From Nitrospirota bacterium (GTDB taxonomy: Bacteria; Nitrospirota; Nitrospiria; 2-01-FULL-66-17): DNA of 64,000 nt. Position numbers and translations under genes: made by a program. The DNA lies in assembly GCA_049325335.1 (NCBI GenBank), contig JBMOMC010000006.1:35673-99672 (forward strand), in the 5' to 3' direction. The notes beneath the pieces are model-generated. The model saw only the letters and a list, made by a program, of their open reading frames with translations. It was not told where the DNA came from and did not search any database. This document shows, piece by piece, positions 63,603 through 64,000 of this stretch. Numbering within the stretch: position 1 is the stretch's first letter; every line of letters begins with the position of its first letter.

Positions 63603-64000
63603 CCGGATCATCGAGTTTGCCTTACGCCAGCGGATTCTCGTGCTGGTGGCGGTCCTCCTCTCCGTGGCGCTCGGCGTGGCCGCCTTTCGTGCGCTGCCCA
63701 TCGACGCGTTTCCGGATGTCACCAACATCCAGGTCCAGGTCATCACCGAAGCGCCGGGGCGCTCGCCGGTGGAGGTGGAGCAATTCGTCACCTATCCCAT
63801 CGAAGTGCAGATGACCGGCCTGCCCCAGCTCGCGGAACTGCGTTCGCTCTCGAAGTTCGGGTTGTCCATGGTCACGGTGGTGTTCGAAGACGACGTGGAC
63901 ATCTATTTCGCCAGGCAACTGGTGCTCGAGCGATTGATCGAGGCTCGAGAGAAGTTGCCGGTGGGCGTCGAGCCGGCCATGGGGCCCATCTCCACCGGAC
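63592..64000 (+). CDS. czcA: Heavy-metal efflux RND transporter CzcA/CusA family, 3'-partial
   Basis: My own translation from ATG 63592 gives MGIDRIIEFALRQRILVLVAVLLSVALGVAAFRALPIDAFPDVTNIQVQVITEAPGRSPVEVEQFVTYPIE..., the canonical HME-RND N-terminus. The frame is open to the window end, so it is absent from the ORF track. Confidence 0.9.
   Translation, partial: MGIDRIIEFALRQRILVLVAVLLSVALGVAAFRALPIDAFPDVTNIQVQVITEAPGRSPVEVEQFVTYPIEVQMTGLPQLAELRSLSKFGLSMVTVVFEDDVDIYFARQLVLERLIEAREKLPVGVEPAMGPISTG

Noticed and set aside
1-64000. CRISPR arrays, rRNA genes, complete insertion sequences, and integrase or recombinase genes.
   Set aside because: I saw no regularly spaced direct repeats, no rRNA-like conserved stretches, no DDE transposase-length ORF (only a 146-aa IS1595 head domain), and no ORF with tyrosine- or serine-recombinase motifs. 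Visual scanning cannot exclude short or degenerate elements.

Overview
High-GC (spot counts about 62% G+C) bacterial chromosomal window in three parts. Coordinates 1-26661 are core genes. They include a gluconeogenic and stress cluster: a 5'-partial GH57 glycosidase, PEP synthase, a 2-hydroxyacid dehydrogenase, UspA, an archaeal-type GAPDH and HtpX. Next come a TolC/HlyD/ABC-2 efflux operon, a YHS plus Met-rich periplasmic protein module and a patatin-like lipase. The core part ends with a FadL / O-methyltransferase / double-core hybrid histidine kinase / NtrC-family regulator cluster.

Coordinates ~26.7-59.3 kb are a mosaic accessory island of variable, lower G+C, which I read as a decayed integrative conjugative element. 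It carries an AT-rich two-gene HNH-like plus PD-(D/E)xK-like module and a ParB-like / IS1595 zinc-ribbon / HTH operon. It also has a co-oriented five-gene defence locus: SNF2 helicase, IetA-like AAA ATPase, IetS-like S8 subtilase, and Type III Mod and Res. Further along are an XRE/ImmA switch with palindromic operators facing a DUF2188 / twin-HNH operon, a relaxase / membrane protein / coupling-ATPase operon, and an F-type T4SS block (pilin, TraL-E-K-B, DsbC, TraV, TraC, TrbI-like, S26 peptidase, TraW). That block stops short of TraU/N/F/H/G. No integrase, complete tRNA, rRNA or CRISPR array was seen.

Coordinates 59.3-64 kb hold a CxxCH-bearing outer-membrane barrel, a small His/Cys protein and czcCBA (czcA 3'-partial).

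The best candidates for something undescribed are the nested SNF2 / Iet-like / Type III locus, the AT-rich HNH plus nuclease-like pair, and the HNH-glycine-zipper operon under XRE/ImmA control. All functional calls come from motif reading of the supplied translations, with no database searches.
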